32,348 nt of DNA from an uncultured Verrucomicrobiota bacterium (GCA_964611475.1 CAZTAB010000422.1:1-32348); one strand, 5' to 3'. Positions 18,343-28,163 are shown, counted from the first letter of the stretch. Translations and numbers: made by a program. The notes: generated by a model from the letters alone, not told the origin.

Positions 18343-19184
18343 AGGTTATAGATTTGAAGGGCGTTGTCGCGGAACAGTTTTCGCTGGTCCTCCTCCGGCG
18401 CACCTTCGACATGATTGCGCGCAATCCCAATCCATTCGGCCGCGGTGCTGGTCAGAAGACAGACCGGCCAGTCACTGCCGAACACGAGACGATCCCAGCC
18501 GAACGCATCAATCACATCGTCGATGTACGGCTTCACCGCGTCTTCGATGGACCGCCCCGGGTCGGCGTAGGCCACGAGGCCGGAGACCTTGCAGTTTACG
18601 TTCGCAAAGGTGGCCAAGTTCCGGATGTTCTCCCGCCAGGCTCCGGGTCTTCCCTCGGCGATGGCGGGAACCCCGCAGTGATCGAGGACGAAGGTGGTTT
18701 CCGGGCATTTCTCCACGAGCTGGAGGGCCAGGGGAAGCTGGCGTTCCAGAACGCACAGGTCGAAGGGCAGGTTAAAGGCGGCGAGCTTGCGAATATTTTC
18801 AGCGAAGATTGGCGCCTGCGACACCTCGTCCGGCATGACATGCAGGACGCGGCGCATACCCTTTACAAACGGCTTTGTCGCCCACCGGTCAAGATACGCG
18901 CCGAAGTCCGGCGACTCCGGGCGACCCGAAATGACGGCCCCGCACACGGGATTGCCTTCATCTGCCGCCAGGGAGCCAATCCACTCGTTCTCGTCTTCCA
19001 TGTGAGTAGCATCGACATCCGCCTCCATGTGCAGGGATCGCTCAACACCGCAGTCCTTCGTTGCCTCCGTGTAATCGGCGGGAAGAAAGCACCTGTTGAA
19101 CACGGGCAAATTCTTTGTCCAGGAACAGGGACGCGCAGAGAGGTCCCAGAGGTGTTCATGCGTGTCGATGATCGGAATGCTCAT
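18339..19184 (-). CDS. Amidohydrolase 2 family protein (sugar lactonase / L-fuconolactonase-like)
   Basis: IDTHEHLWD, KGMRRVL, VLDHCG, CKVSG, FGSDWP. Confidence 0.87.
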   Translation of the reverse strand: MSIPIIDTHEHLWDLSARPCSWTKNLPVFNRCFLPADYTEATKDCGVERSLHMEADVDATHMEDENEWIGSLAADEGNPVCGAVISGRPESPDFGAYLDRWATKPFVKGMRRVLHVMPDEVSQAPIFAENIRKLAAFNLPFDLCVLERQLPLALQLVEKCPETTFVLDHCGVPAIAEGRPGAWRENIRNLATFANVNCKVSGLVAYADPGRSIEDAVKPYIDDVIDAFGWDRLVFGSDWPVCLLTSTAAEWIGIARNHVEGAPEEDQRKLFRDNALQIYNL

Positions 19185-19199
19185 GTATCGTCTCCCGTC

Positions 19200-21503
19200 C
19201 TAGAGATTAAATTCGCGCAGGATCGCCCCAGTATTTTCTCCCACTCCAGGGGATCCCTTGTCGCAATAGAGGCGTCGGCCGTCAACTCGAATCGGGCACC
19301 GGGTCGTTGCGTACGTCGCGCCTGTCGATCGCCGAACCTGCTGCTCCATGCCGAGGCATTGGTACGCCTGTTCTTTCATCAGCGCCGGCCAATCGAGAAC
19401 GCGGGCGCACCAGATGTCCGCGGGTTCCAGCACCGCCAGCCAGTCGGCCGTCGGCCGCGAGACCAGGTGCTCGGCCAGTATCCGCTTAATGGCGTTGCGT
19501 TCCGAAAACCACGTCGCGGGATCGGGGTACCGGCCCAGCGCCGGGCAGTCGAGCAACTCGCCAAGTCCCGGGATGGAGCCCATGGCAAGGGCCAGGTAGC
19601 CGTCGGCGGTTTCATAGATGCCGTACGGCGCGGCGATGAAGGCGTGCGCGTTGTTGGACTCCGTGCGCTCAACCCGGTTCCCGTCCTGGAGGAAGGTCGT
19701 CCAGGTCTCGAATTGCAGATCCAATGCCGATGCCAGCATCGAGACGTCTACGCGGCTGCCTTCACCGGTTGTGCTCCGGTGATGCAGGGCCGCCAGCAAC
19801 CCCTGCACCAGGTGCTGTCCCGACGCGATGTCCACGATGGACAGCCCCATGGCCGTCAGTTCGTCGCCGGCGTTCCCGCTGAGGGTGGCCAATCCCGACA
19901 GGCACTGCAGCAGGAGATCCTGCCCGGGACGCTCTTTCCACGGGCCCATTCGGCCGAAGCCGCTGATCACACCGTAGATGAGATCGCTCTTCTGTTTCTT
20001 GAGCTGATCGAACCCGATGCCAAGCCGTTCGGCGACGCCGGGGCGGAAATTGTGCATGACGATGTCCGCATGCGCGACCAGATCCAATACCCTGTTGAGA
20101 TCGCCCGGGTCCTTGAGGTTCGCGGCGAAACTTTCTTTGTTCCTGTTGATGGCGTGAAAGATGGTGCTGTCGCCTTCGATATCGAGATTGGAAACGTACA
20201 GGTCACGGCAGATATCTCCCGAGCCAGGCCGCTCGATCTTGATTACGCGTGCGCCGAGGTCCGCCAGCCGAAGACTTGCGCAGGGGCCGGAGAGGAATTG
20301 ACTGAAATCCAAGACCAGGACGGATTCGAGAGGCAGGCGCCCGGCGTTCTCCGCGGCGGGTGATGTGGAAGCCCGATCGGCAGTTGGCTTGATATCACCC
20401 TGGTTCTCATCGATTCGCGGTGCCGGCCAGCCCGTTTCGAGAGCAGCCCCATTCCACTCGATCGGACAGCGGAACGTCGTGACTTCGGCGCCGCTGTCTC
20501 TCCGGACCACTTGTTCCATCCCGGCAGCCGCGTAAGCCGGATGCGCCTTCAATTCCTCGTAGGTCAAAACAGGGGAGCACCAGACGCCTTCACGCTCCAG
20601 CCGGTCGAGCCAATGATCCGTCGTCTCGCGCAAAAAGACACGGGCAATGAGAGACATGATGCGGTCCCGCTCCGTGAACCAGGTCTGCCGGTCCGAGAAC
20701 CGGGACAGCGCCTCGCACTCCAGCATGTCCGCGAGCCGGGGCACGTCGCCCATGGCCAAGGCCAGGTACCCGTCCTGTGTCGCGTAGATCCCGTACGGCG
20801 CGCCCAGGTAGGCATTGGCGTTGCCACGCTTGCTCCGGATCGGGCCTTTTCGGCCCTCGGCAAAAAAGGAGGTGAGCAATTCGAACTGGGCATCGAAAAT
20901 CGACTCCAACAGCGACGCTTCCAGATATCCCCCGCGACCCGTCTTGTCCCTCCGGAACAGGAGGGCCAGGATCCCCTGGGCAAAGTGACAACCGCAAAGG
21001 AGGTCCGCCACCGCCAGTCCCATGGGCGTCGGGGGCGCGTCGCGGTTGCCGGTCAGCCAGGTCAGACCCGACAATGACTGAACCAGCAGATCCTGTCCGG
21101 GCTTGTTCTTCCAGGGACCTTCTTTCCCATAGCCGGTCAGATCCGCGTAAACCAGCCGGGGGTTCAGGGCCCGCGCCTGTGGGTAGTCGAGTCCGATTTT
21201 CTCCATGACCCCAGGCCGAAAGTTGTGCGTCAGCACATCCGCACAGGCGATCATGTCGCGAACCCGCTGGAGATCGACAGGGTCCTTCAGATTCGCGGCA
21301 ACGCTCTCCTTGTTTCGGTTGATGGTGTGAAACAGCAGGCTGGACTCTTCCACCCACTGGTTGCGAATGGCAAGCTGTCGACAGGCATCCCCGGTACCGG
21401 GGCGTTCCACCTTGATCACCCGGGCACCAAGGTCGGCCAGCCGAAGTCCTGCCGACGGGCCGGCCAGGTACTGGCTGAATTCCAGGACAGTAATGCCGGA
21501 CAA
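19200..21503 (-). CDS. Tandem (double-domain) family III CoA-transferase, CaiB/BaiF
   Basis: Two full copies of SQ(Y/F)L(A/S)GP...[10 protein letters not shown](V/I)ERP...INRNKES...HNFRPG...PGQDLL. The second copy begins near 20337. Start codon uncertain. Confidence 0.92.
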   Translation of the reverse strand: MSGITVLEFSQYLAGPSAGLRLADLGARVIKVERPGTGDACRQLAIRNQWVEESSLLFHTINRNKESVAANLKDPVDLQRVRDMIACADVLTHNFRPGVMEKIGLDYPQARALNPRLVYADLTGYGKEGPWKNKPGQDLLVQSLSGLTWLTGNRDAPPTPMGLAVADLLCGCHFAQGILALLFRRDKTGRGGYLEASLLESIFDAQFELLTSFFAEGRKGPIRSKRGNANAYLGAPYGIYATQDGYLALAMGDVPRLADMLECEALSRFSDRQTWFTERDRIMSLIARVFLRETTDHWLDRLEREGVWCSPVLTYEELKAHPAYAAAGMEQVVRRDSGAEVTTFRCPIEWNGAALETGWPAPRIDENQGDIKPTADRASTSPAAENAGRLPLESVLVLDFSQFLSGPCASLRLADLGARVIKIERPGSGDICRDLYVSNLDIEGDSTIFHAINRNKESFAANLKDPGDLNRVLDLVAHADIVMHNFRPGVAERLGIGFDQLKKQKSDLIYGVISGFGRMGPWKERPGQDLLLQCLSGLATLSGNAGDELTAMGLSIVDIASGQHLVQGLLAALHHRSTTGEGSRVDVSMLASALDLQFETWTTFLQDGNRVERTESNNAHAFIAAPYGIYETADGYLALAMGSIPGLGELLDCPALGRYPDPATWFSERNAIKRILAEHLVSRPTADWLAVLEPADIWCARVLDWPALMKEQAYQCLGMEQQVRRSTGATYATTRCPIRVDGRRLYCDKGSPGVGENTGAILREFNL

Positions 21504-21519
21504 GGGCTTGGTGGAAGGG

Positions 21520-21547
21520 TTGATTTTTGATTTTTGATTTTTGATTT
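21520..21547. repeat. Perfect heptamer tandem repeat (TTGATTT)4
   Basis: Four exact copies read directly, forming an AT-rich patch between the Gfo and CoA-transferase genes. Confidence 0.95.
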
Positions 21548-21569
21548 GTAGCTCGGGTTGCAGGCCGCT

Positions 21570-22649
21570 TCAGTCGAAGATCGGGGGCAATCCGCCCCGG
21601 TCGCTGGCGATGTAGGCGGCTTCGACGACGGCCATGGTGTGGTAGGCATCTTCGACGGACGACGAAAGGGACTTCGCCGTGCCTTCAACAAAGCATTGCA
21701 GGTTGGCCATGGGCCCGATGAATGCATCGGGATACCAGTTCCCCCCGGGTTTAACGGAAATCCATTCGCGGTGGTCGCCCTCCTCCATGAGGCAATACTC
21801 GAGCGTGTCGGGTCGGCCGCTCGGGTAGTCGAGGACCACTCCGATCTGTGCCCGAATGACGCCACGGGTGCCTTCCCATTTCGTGTAGGCCCATTGATGT
21901 CGCTCGCCGTAGTCGTGGCCGTGGTGCGTCGCCACGCTCGCGCGGACATCGTCCCCGTAATCCAGGATAATGGAGGACCGGGTCGGCGCCATGTCTGCCG
22001 CCGCGGGATGACGAGTCGTCTTGGCATAGACACCGGAAGGATCTCCGAGGAACGAGCGGATCAGATCCACATAGTGAACACTGTGGTACAGGATTTCCAC
22101 GCGCGGGATGTCGGCCAGGAATGACCAGAGCTGCCACGGCATGTGGACATTGACATTGACCTCCATGTCGTGAACGTCTCCGATCGCCCCCTGTTCGATC
22201 AGGCTGCGGGCACCCGCGATGTTCGGTGCATGCCGGAGTTGGAAGTTGATGGCCGCCGCCAGCTTCTTTTCGCGGCAGATTTTCCGGATCGTACGGGCCT
22301 CGGCGATCGTCTCGCCCATGGGCTTTTGAATCAACGCGGCGGCCCCGTCGGGCAGGTGCGGCAGAATCGAGGGAATCGCCGAAGCGGGCACGGCGATGTC
22401 GAAGACGGCACCGGAAGGCGCTTTACGCACCGCGTCCTCCAGCGAATCGAATACTGCCGGGACGCTGAAATCCGCAGCAAGTCCTGCTGCAGCGTCCCCG
22501 TCCACGTCATACAGCCCCGCCACCGAAAAATCAGCCTTGGCATACGCCGGAAGATGGGCATCACGCACGATGCCTCCGGCGCCAATGCATACCACCGGCC
22601 GACGCGTTCGGGGGAAACGGGGCTGCTGGTGAATATCCACGGCAAACAC
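21570..22649 (-). CDS. Gfo/Idh/MocA family oxidoreductase
   Basis: CIGAGGIV, AHLPAY, LIQKPM, INFQLR, HSVHYVD. GTG start. Confidence 0.9.
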   Translation of the reverse strand: MFAVDIHQQPRFPRTRRPVVCIGAGGIVRDAHLPAYAKADFSVAGLYDVDGDAAAGLAADFSVPAVFDSLEDAVRKAPSGAVFDIAVPASAIPSILPHLPDGAAALIQKPMGETIAEARTIRKICREKKLAAAINFQLRHAPNIAGARSLIEQGAIGDVHDMEVNVNVHMPWQLWSFLADIPRVEILYHSVHYVDLIRSFLGDPSGVYAKTTRHPAAADMAPTRSSIILDYGDDVRASVATHHGHDYGERHQWAYTKWEGTRGVIRAQIGVVLDYPSGRPDTLEYCLMEEGDHREWISVKPGGNWYPDAFIGPMANLQCFVEGTAKSLSSSVEDAYHTMAVVEAAYIASDRGGLPPIFD

Positions 22650-23056
22650 TGCAATAGAAGATGGAGCGGGGGACGGTCAAGCGGGAACATGGGCTTCAAT
22701 GTTCTACGATTGTGTGACGATTTCGACCACAGTGCCGCCGATGGGTGCCCACGTGACGTTTTTAGAACCAAAGCAGCAGGAGCCGCCAGAAACAGAACAA
22801 ACAGAAGAACCCGCCACCCAGTGGGCGCATTCCGGTCCCCAAGCCATCGGCAGATCGCGTCCGGTTCGTCCGTCACTTGGCGAACTACATCGATGGAAGC
22901 ACTTCTCTCCTGAAGCGCGTCAGAGATGGCACGTTTCGACCCGCTGTGACGGTACGCCGGCAACTCAAGCTGCAGAACGGCAAATGGGTTCCAGGCGGAG
23001 ATTGATGCCTACGCAGCAGCATGATAGCCTAGAACGGAACGAATTGGTGATCCGGC

Positions 23057-24049
23057 ATGGACTTGTGCGAAAAAATCGGGCGGTACCGGGACGCGGCTCA
23101 TAGGGCGGTCGCGTACACCACGGGCTTTCAGCGTCCCGACGGAGGATACATCTGGGACGGCTATGTCGAAAATGCCTACCACAAACAAGTCTACTCCTGG
23201 ATGCTCGCCGGTAGAATCCGCGAAAGCCACCGCCTGATGGATTGGGCCGCGCAGCACCGGCTTGAGCCGGACGGCCAGCTGAAGAACTACATCGGCGATG
23301 TTTACAAGCAGTCGTGGTTCGCGCTCAGCGCACAACGACTCGGCCGTTTCGAGTTGTCTTACCCCGTGATGAACTACCTGCTCTCGACCCAAGCGCCGTG
23401 CGGTGGTTTCCCACGTTTCGATTCGGAGGATCTAGTACGCTCCGTCGCCACGTCGTTCATCGGCATTTCGGCATTGAGTTTCGGCAACCTCGCGGCGGCC
23501 CGGCAGGCCGCGCGCTGCTGCACCGACATGCTCGAAAGGCAACCGGTCGCAGGACGATTTTACTGCCATATGACGCACGAGGGTACCGTCGTCACGGAAG
23601 CCGATCACTCCAAGGCCCTGTTCATCGACATGTCACAACCGAAACAGATTTACTACGAACTCGGCGTTCCGATGTTGCTCCTCTGCCACTTGCACCGCAT
23701 CACCGGCGAAAAGGCGTACCTCGAGGGCGCGACGCGCTTCTTCGAATTCCACCTGGGCTGTCACGCGGATAGTTTCGCCTTTGTGGGCAGTGGAAAAGGC
23801 GCTCTTGCCGCAGCCATCTACTATCGAATCACCGGGGACGAGCGCGGCCTCGACGCCGCTCTCCGCTTCTGTGATTTCCTGGTCGAAACCCAGCTTCCCG
23901 AGGGAAGCTGGATCGACCCGGTCAAGGATCCCGACGAACTCCTCTACTACGTCGACCACGCCGCCTGTTTCACCATTTGGCTACTGGAAATCGCATTGAC
24001 CCTGGAGAGCACGAGCACAGAATCCGTTGGGACAAGCCTGACCGTATAG
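23057..24049 (+). CDS. Uncharacterised helical protein with QW-like repeats, predicted (alpha/alpha)6 barrel
   Basis: FQRPDGGY, TQAPCGGF and TQLPEGSW resemble prenyltransferase/squalene-cyclase QW repeats. Helical amphipathic pattern. Confidence 0.6.
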   Translation: MDLCEKIGRYRDAAHRAVAYTTGFQRPDGGYIWDGYVENAYHKQVYSWMLAGRIRESHRLMDWAAQHRLEPDGQLKNYIGDVYKQSWFALSAQRLGRFELSYPVMNYLLSTQAPCGGFPRFDSEDLVRSVATSFIGISALSFGNLAAARQAARCCTDMLERQPVAGRFYCHMTHEGTVVTEADHSKALFIDMSQPKQIYYELGVPMLLLCHLHRITGEKAYLEGATRFFEFHLGCHADSFAFVGSGKGALAAAIYYRITGDERGLDAALRFCDFLVETQLPEGSWIDPVKDPDELLYYVDHAACFTIWLLEIALTLESTSTESVGTSLTV

Positions 24050-24133
24050 CGTATTCCGCACGTGGACATTCGATATTTTATGCGCTGCATGCCCGATTCA
24101 GGATCAGGAATGTCAAACAGCCAAGGTTGAGGA

Positions 24134-25513
24134 ATGGATCTACCCGACTTCACTGAACAGGAGATAGAACAGCTGTCCGCGGACGCACTGGAGTACATTC
24201 TCCCCCACTCCGCCCGGAATGCCGATCTCGCCCGGGGGCCAAAGATCTTCACCGCGGGCTACGGCTGCTACGTCTACGATGCGCACGGCAATCGGATCCT
24301 GGACACGTTCGGCTCGCTGCTAACCAACATCGTCGGTCATCACAACGAGGAAATCCGGCAGGCCGTTCTGGACCAGATGAAATGCCTGGAGTTCTTTCCC
24401 AACTACCAGGACTCCTTCACCGTCCCCATGATCCGATTGTCAAAAAAGCTCGCCGAGATCATGCCGGGAGACCTCGAAGTCACCTTCTTCACCAACAGCG
24501 GGTCAGAAGCAAACGAGCAGGCCATCAAGATGGCCCGTCAATATCACTGGCAAAACGGAGAGAAGCACCGCTACAAGGTCATCGCCCGCAGATCGGCCTA
24601 TCACGGGACGACGCTGGCGACCACCTCGCTGACCGGCTACACGAAAAGCCGGCAGGTCTTCGAACCTCTCATGCCCGGCAGCCTCTTCGCCCCACCGGCG
24701 CGCTGCGATTTGTGCAGCCGCGGCGTGGAACACGACACCTGCGATCTGCGCAGTCTCGAGGCGCTGGAAGAAATGGTGGCATGGGAGGATCCCGAGAGCA
24801 TCTCCGCCATCATTCTCGATCCCCTACCGGGATCGAATCTCGGCTACGTCCTGCCGCCGCGAGGCTATCTACAGGGCGTCCGCAAACTGTGCGATGCGCA
24901 TGGCATCGTGCTGATCTTCGATGAGGTGCAGACCGGCTTTGGCAAAACGGGCAAGTGGTTTGCCTGCGAGAACTGGGGCGTAGCGCCAGACATCATGACG
25001 ATCAGCAAAGGGCTCACCAGCGGGTACATGCCGCTGGGCGCCGCGGTGGCGACCCGAAAGATCGCGAACGCATTCCGGCAGGGTCCCGGCTCCGAGTTTC
25101 GGGGCATTTGCACCTACGGCGGTCACACCCTCTCCTGCGCCGCAGCGCTGGCCAACATCGCTATCATGCAACGGGAAAAAATTGTCGAACGGGCGGCGGA
25201 GACCGGGACGTACCTCGAGGCGCGGCTGAAGGAACTCTATCGGCACCGAATTGTCGGCGAAGTACGCGGCATGGGCATGGTGTGGGCCCTCGAGCTCATG
25301 GCCGACCGGGAATCCCGAACCTCGCTCCCGCCAGATCTGAATGTCGGCGCGTTCGTCCGTGACTGGTGTTGGGAGAATGGTATGATCCTCCGCAACAATG
25401 GCGACACCCTCATCGTCGCTCCCGTGCTGATCATGGCACGCGAAGAGATCGACGTGATGTTAGAAAAGATCAACACGGTGATCGAAGAAGTCATGCGCAA
25501 GTTCGAGCTATGA
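24134..25513 (+). CDS. Class III PLP-dependent aminotransferase (omega-amine/BioA-like)
   Basis: FFTNSGSEANE, AYHG, LIFDEVQTGFGKTG, PDIMTISKGLTSGYMP (PLP Lys). SD GAGGA. Confidence 0.93.
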   Translation: MDLPDFTEQEIEQLSADALEYILPHSARNADLARGPKIFTAGYGCYVYDAHGNRILDTFGSLLTNIVGHHNEEIRQAVLDQMKCLEFFPNYQDSFTVPMIRLSKKLAEIMPGDLEVTFFTNSGSEANEQAIKMARQYHWQNGEKHRYKVIARRSAYHGTTLATTSLTGYTKSRQVFEPLMPGSLFAPPARCDLCSRGVEHDTCDLRSLEALEEMVAWEDPESISAIILDPLPGSNLGYVLPPRGYLQGVRKLCDAHGIVLIFDEVQTGFGKTGKWFACENWGVAPDIMTISKGLTSGYMPLGAAVATRKIANAFRQGPGSEFRGICTYGGHTLSCAAALANIAIMQREKIVERAAETGTYLEARLKELYRHRIVGEVRGMGMVWALELMADRESRTSLPPDLNVGAFVRDWCWENGMILRNNGDTLIVAPVLIMAREEIDVMLEKINTVIEEVMRKFEL

Positions 25514-25538
25514 GCTCCCGGTCCATCCATTAAATGCT

Positions 25539-26909
25539 ATGGCCGGTAAACGCCGATTCCCGAATGTCCTCCTCCTGATGGTCGACGCGCTGCGGCCCGA
25601 CCGGTTGCACTGCTACGGGAACACCTGGGAGACCAGTCCGGCCATCGATCGACTCGCGTCCGAAGGCGTGCTGTTTGAGCAGTTCATCGCGCACTCCAGC
25701 CATACGTTGCCCGCGGTCGGATCCATTCTCACCGGTCTCGACCCGCTTCGCCACGGGATACTCAGCCCCCACACCCATGCACATCACAGCTGGGGCGAAT
25801 GGACCCCGCCGCTGGGGGTGCTGGAGCAGCATGGAATCGAAGTCGGCGGCTTCAACGCTTTCCTTTACAACCATTTTGGCCGCGAACCGAATATCGAGAC
25901 AGTGGAGGAGGCGGAGGCGTTCTTCCGTGCCAGCAGGGAAAAGTCGTTCTTCCTCTGGCAGTTCATGGAACAGGTACACCTGCCCTATAACCCGACGCCC
26001 CCCTACGACACGGCGTTCCTTCCCGCAGGCCATGTCATGAACGAAGAAACGGCGCGTCGCGTGGATGTGGTACGTTCAACCATGATTGTTCACCCGTCGG
26101 GGCACATCAGCCAGTTCGAGCAGGACCAGATCGACGGCAACACCGGCGGGTTTGAAGCCGACATGGACCGGGACATCGAATACGAACGATCCGCCGCCGC
26201 CGTGGACTTCGAGCCTGAGGACCAGATCCCGATCATGGCGCTGTACGACGGCGAGGTCCGCAGCGTGGACGACCAGATCGATGCGTATGTCAAGGCGCTG
26301 GAGCGGAGCCGACTCCTGGATGAGACGATCCTGATCATCACCTCAGACCATGGTGAGGAGCTCTTGGAGCGAGGGCACGTTGGGCACTCGTCCTGCTCGC
26401 TATCGGGCACGCTCTACGAGGAGGCCATCCGGGTGCCCCTGATCATCCGCTACCCCCCGGCTCTGCCCGGCGGGAAACGGATCGCCACCCAGGTGTCCCA
26501 GATCGACCTGCTTCCGACGCTGTTCGACCTGGTGGGATTGCCGATGCCGGCGGAAGCCCAGGGGCATTCGCTTCTCCCGCTGATTCACGGGCAGGCATGG
26601 TACGGCGAGGAAGTGACTTTCGCCGAGACACTGCCTTGTGGGTGGCAGACGCTGAAAGACGACGAGCGGCGCATCTGGTGCATCCGGACCCCCGAGTGGA
26701 AAATGATCCTCAACAGCTTCGTTCCACAGGAAGCGAGTTCCTACGAGTTGTATGAACTGAGAAACGACCCCGGCGAAAAAAATGACTTATTTAAAACCAG
26801 TCCCGACATTGCGCGAACACTTATGAACCGTCTTCACGCCTGGATGAGTTCGGCGCAGGATCCCAAGCCCGGCGAAGTCGAAGTCAGAAATGAGCACACG
26901 GCATATTGA
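25539..26909 (+). CDS. Sulfatase-like hydrolase/transferase (alkaline phosphatase superfamily)
   Basis: PNVLLLMVDALRPD, VHLPY, YDGEVRSVD, ITSDHGE, RVPLII, ELYELRNDPGE. Confidence 0.88.
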   Translation: MAGKRRFPNVLLLMVDALRPDRLHCYGNTWETSPAIDRLASEGVLFEQFIAHSSHTLPAVGSILTGLDPLRHGILSPHTHAHHSWGEWTPPLGVLEQHGIEVGGFNAFLYNHFGREPNIETVEEAEAFFRASREKSFFLWQFMEQVHLPYNPTPPYDTAFLPAGHVMNEETARRVDVVRSTMIVHPSGHISQFEQDQIDGNTGGFEADMDRDIEYERSAAAVDFEPEDQIPIMALYDGEVRSVDDQIDAYVKALERSRLLDETILIITSDHGEELLERGHVGHSSCSLSGTLYEEAIRVPLIIRYPPALPGGKRIATQVSQIDLLPTLFDLVGLPMPAEAQGHSLLPLIHGQAWYGEEVTFAETLPCGWQTLKDDERRIWCIRTPEWKMILNSFVPQEASSYELYELRNDPGEKNDLFKTSPDIARTLMNRLHAWMSSAQDPKPGEVEVRNEHTAY

Positions 26910-27420
26910 ACGGCGACCCTACCGCAAGCCGGTGACCTTGTCGGTACGGAAAACAGCGGGGAGTCTTCACTTTTTGAGAAGACTCTGATGGCTCGATACT
27001 TCACCTGGGAGACAAGGACCACGAACAAAACTCAGCCTGTGACCTCCGTGCCTCAATTCATCTGGTTGGGGCTTTGCTGCCATGCACTTCTATGATGCTA
27101 AATCTTCGTTATCAAAGAAAAGTTTTTTTTGCGGAACCATCGTTTCCTCGGAGGTCCAAGCCTTTGGGCTGCGACTTGGCCGCCTTGTACCGCCAACGTT
27201 CCGTTTCTTCTTTATTTGAGAAGATTCTCCAATACCGAACCCCTTCAGGCACAACACAAAGCCAAGGTCGCAAAGATCCTCTTTGAGGTGAAGGAAGTCG
27301 CATGGGCGATGCAAAGAGTATGGGGTCAAAGATTCAAACGGACATCGCCTCTACTTCCGCGAAAAGCCAGAGAGTCCAACCATGAGGATGGACGGGCACC
27401 TACTTCGATCAATACAGTGA
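26890..27420 (+). pseudogene. Frameshifted VOC (glyoxalase/bleomycin-resistance) family gene remnant
   Basis: Segments in different frames: PVTLSVRKTAGSLHF / FEKTL ... LYLRRFSNTEPLQAQHKAKVAKILFEVKEVAW / KEYGVKDSNGHRLYFREK. The last matches the VOC C-terminal WG.rEf.v.DpdGn.l.f pattern. Confidence 0.55.
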
Positions 27421-27545
27421 TGCGGGTCCCACCGATCCCGACCCGGGACGAACTTTTTATCGGTTTCCGTGTCGCGCGGGCGCCGCAACCAGGCACATTC
27501 GCGCTACCAACGCTCGGTTCGCTGGTCTTCCTCCGCCAGCGCCCT

Positions 27546-28163
27546 TCAAACGCCCGGCAAGTCAAGCGAATCGTGGATCAGTACAGCGAGCGAAGTCAGG
27601 AACAAAACGAGAAGCACGATCCGCCGCAGCGTGAGCCCCGCGCCCCCGCGGAGCCACGTCTCCAGATGGTCCCGGTCGACAAGCTCACACTCATGCAGTT
27701 CGGCAAGGCTTCTCGCGCCATCGGTGAAGTGGCTGTTCGTTACGACCATGGCCGCGGTGCATTCGTACGCGGGCATACCGGCGACGGCATCACTCACCGC
27801 GCGCCGTGAAACCGGCTTGTCCTGCCGCTTGACCTGCACCGCGAGGCATTCGCTCCCCCGCTGAGCCACCACGTCCACGCCCAAGTCGCCCGTGGTCGCC
27901 GTGACCTCCGCATCGTACCCCCGCCCCCGCAACAGCCGCGCAACAAGCCGCTCAAACTCTTCGCCGGACATTTCATCGACCTGCTTCAATTTCTTCGCGT
28001 ACGGCTCCCTGAACGTGTAAATCAGGAGAACAAGAAGCAGAAAGGTGATGATGGATAGCAGAATGTCTATCCCGGCTTCAGCGACGAGCCAGATCGCCGC
28101 GGCGAACATGGCCAAAGTAAACAGCAGCGCGGTGGCATTGGATACGCCGTCATCTCCCGTCAT
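27546..28163 (-). CDS. Mrr-like restriction endonuclease domain protein with transmembrane segments
   Basis: EEFERLVARLL..RGY, GDLGVDVV, VQVKR, VVTNSHFT..A..LA, LVDR. Two N-terminal hydrophobic helices and one C-terminal. Confidence 0.85.
   Translation of the reverse strand: MTGDDGVSNATALLFTLAMFAAAIWLVAEAGIDILLSIITFLLLVLLIYTFREPYAKKLKQVDEMSGEEFERLVARLLRGRGYDAEVTATTGDLGVDVVAQRGSECLAVQVKRQDKPVSRRAVSDAVAGMPAYECTAAMVVTNSHFTDGARSLAELHECELVDRDHLETWLRGGAGLTLRRIVLLVLFLTSLAVLIHDSLDLPGV

Noticed and set aside
16573-20363. Long plus-strand ORFs of 592 and 669 aa
   Set aside because: Antisense shadows of well-supported minus-strand genes, typical of high-GC codon bias, with no motifs.
22699-23103. 134-aa ORF in the divergent intergenic region
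   Set aside because: No recognisable motif or SD, and it overlaps the next gene. More likely promoter region.
27129-27809. 226-aa plus-strand ORF
   Set aside because: A chimera of one VOC pseudogene frame and antisense to the Mrr-like gene.
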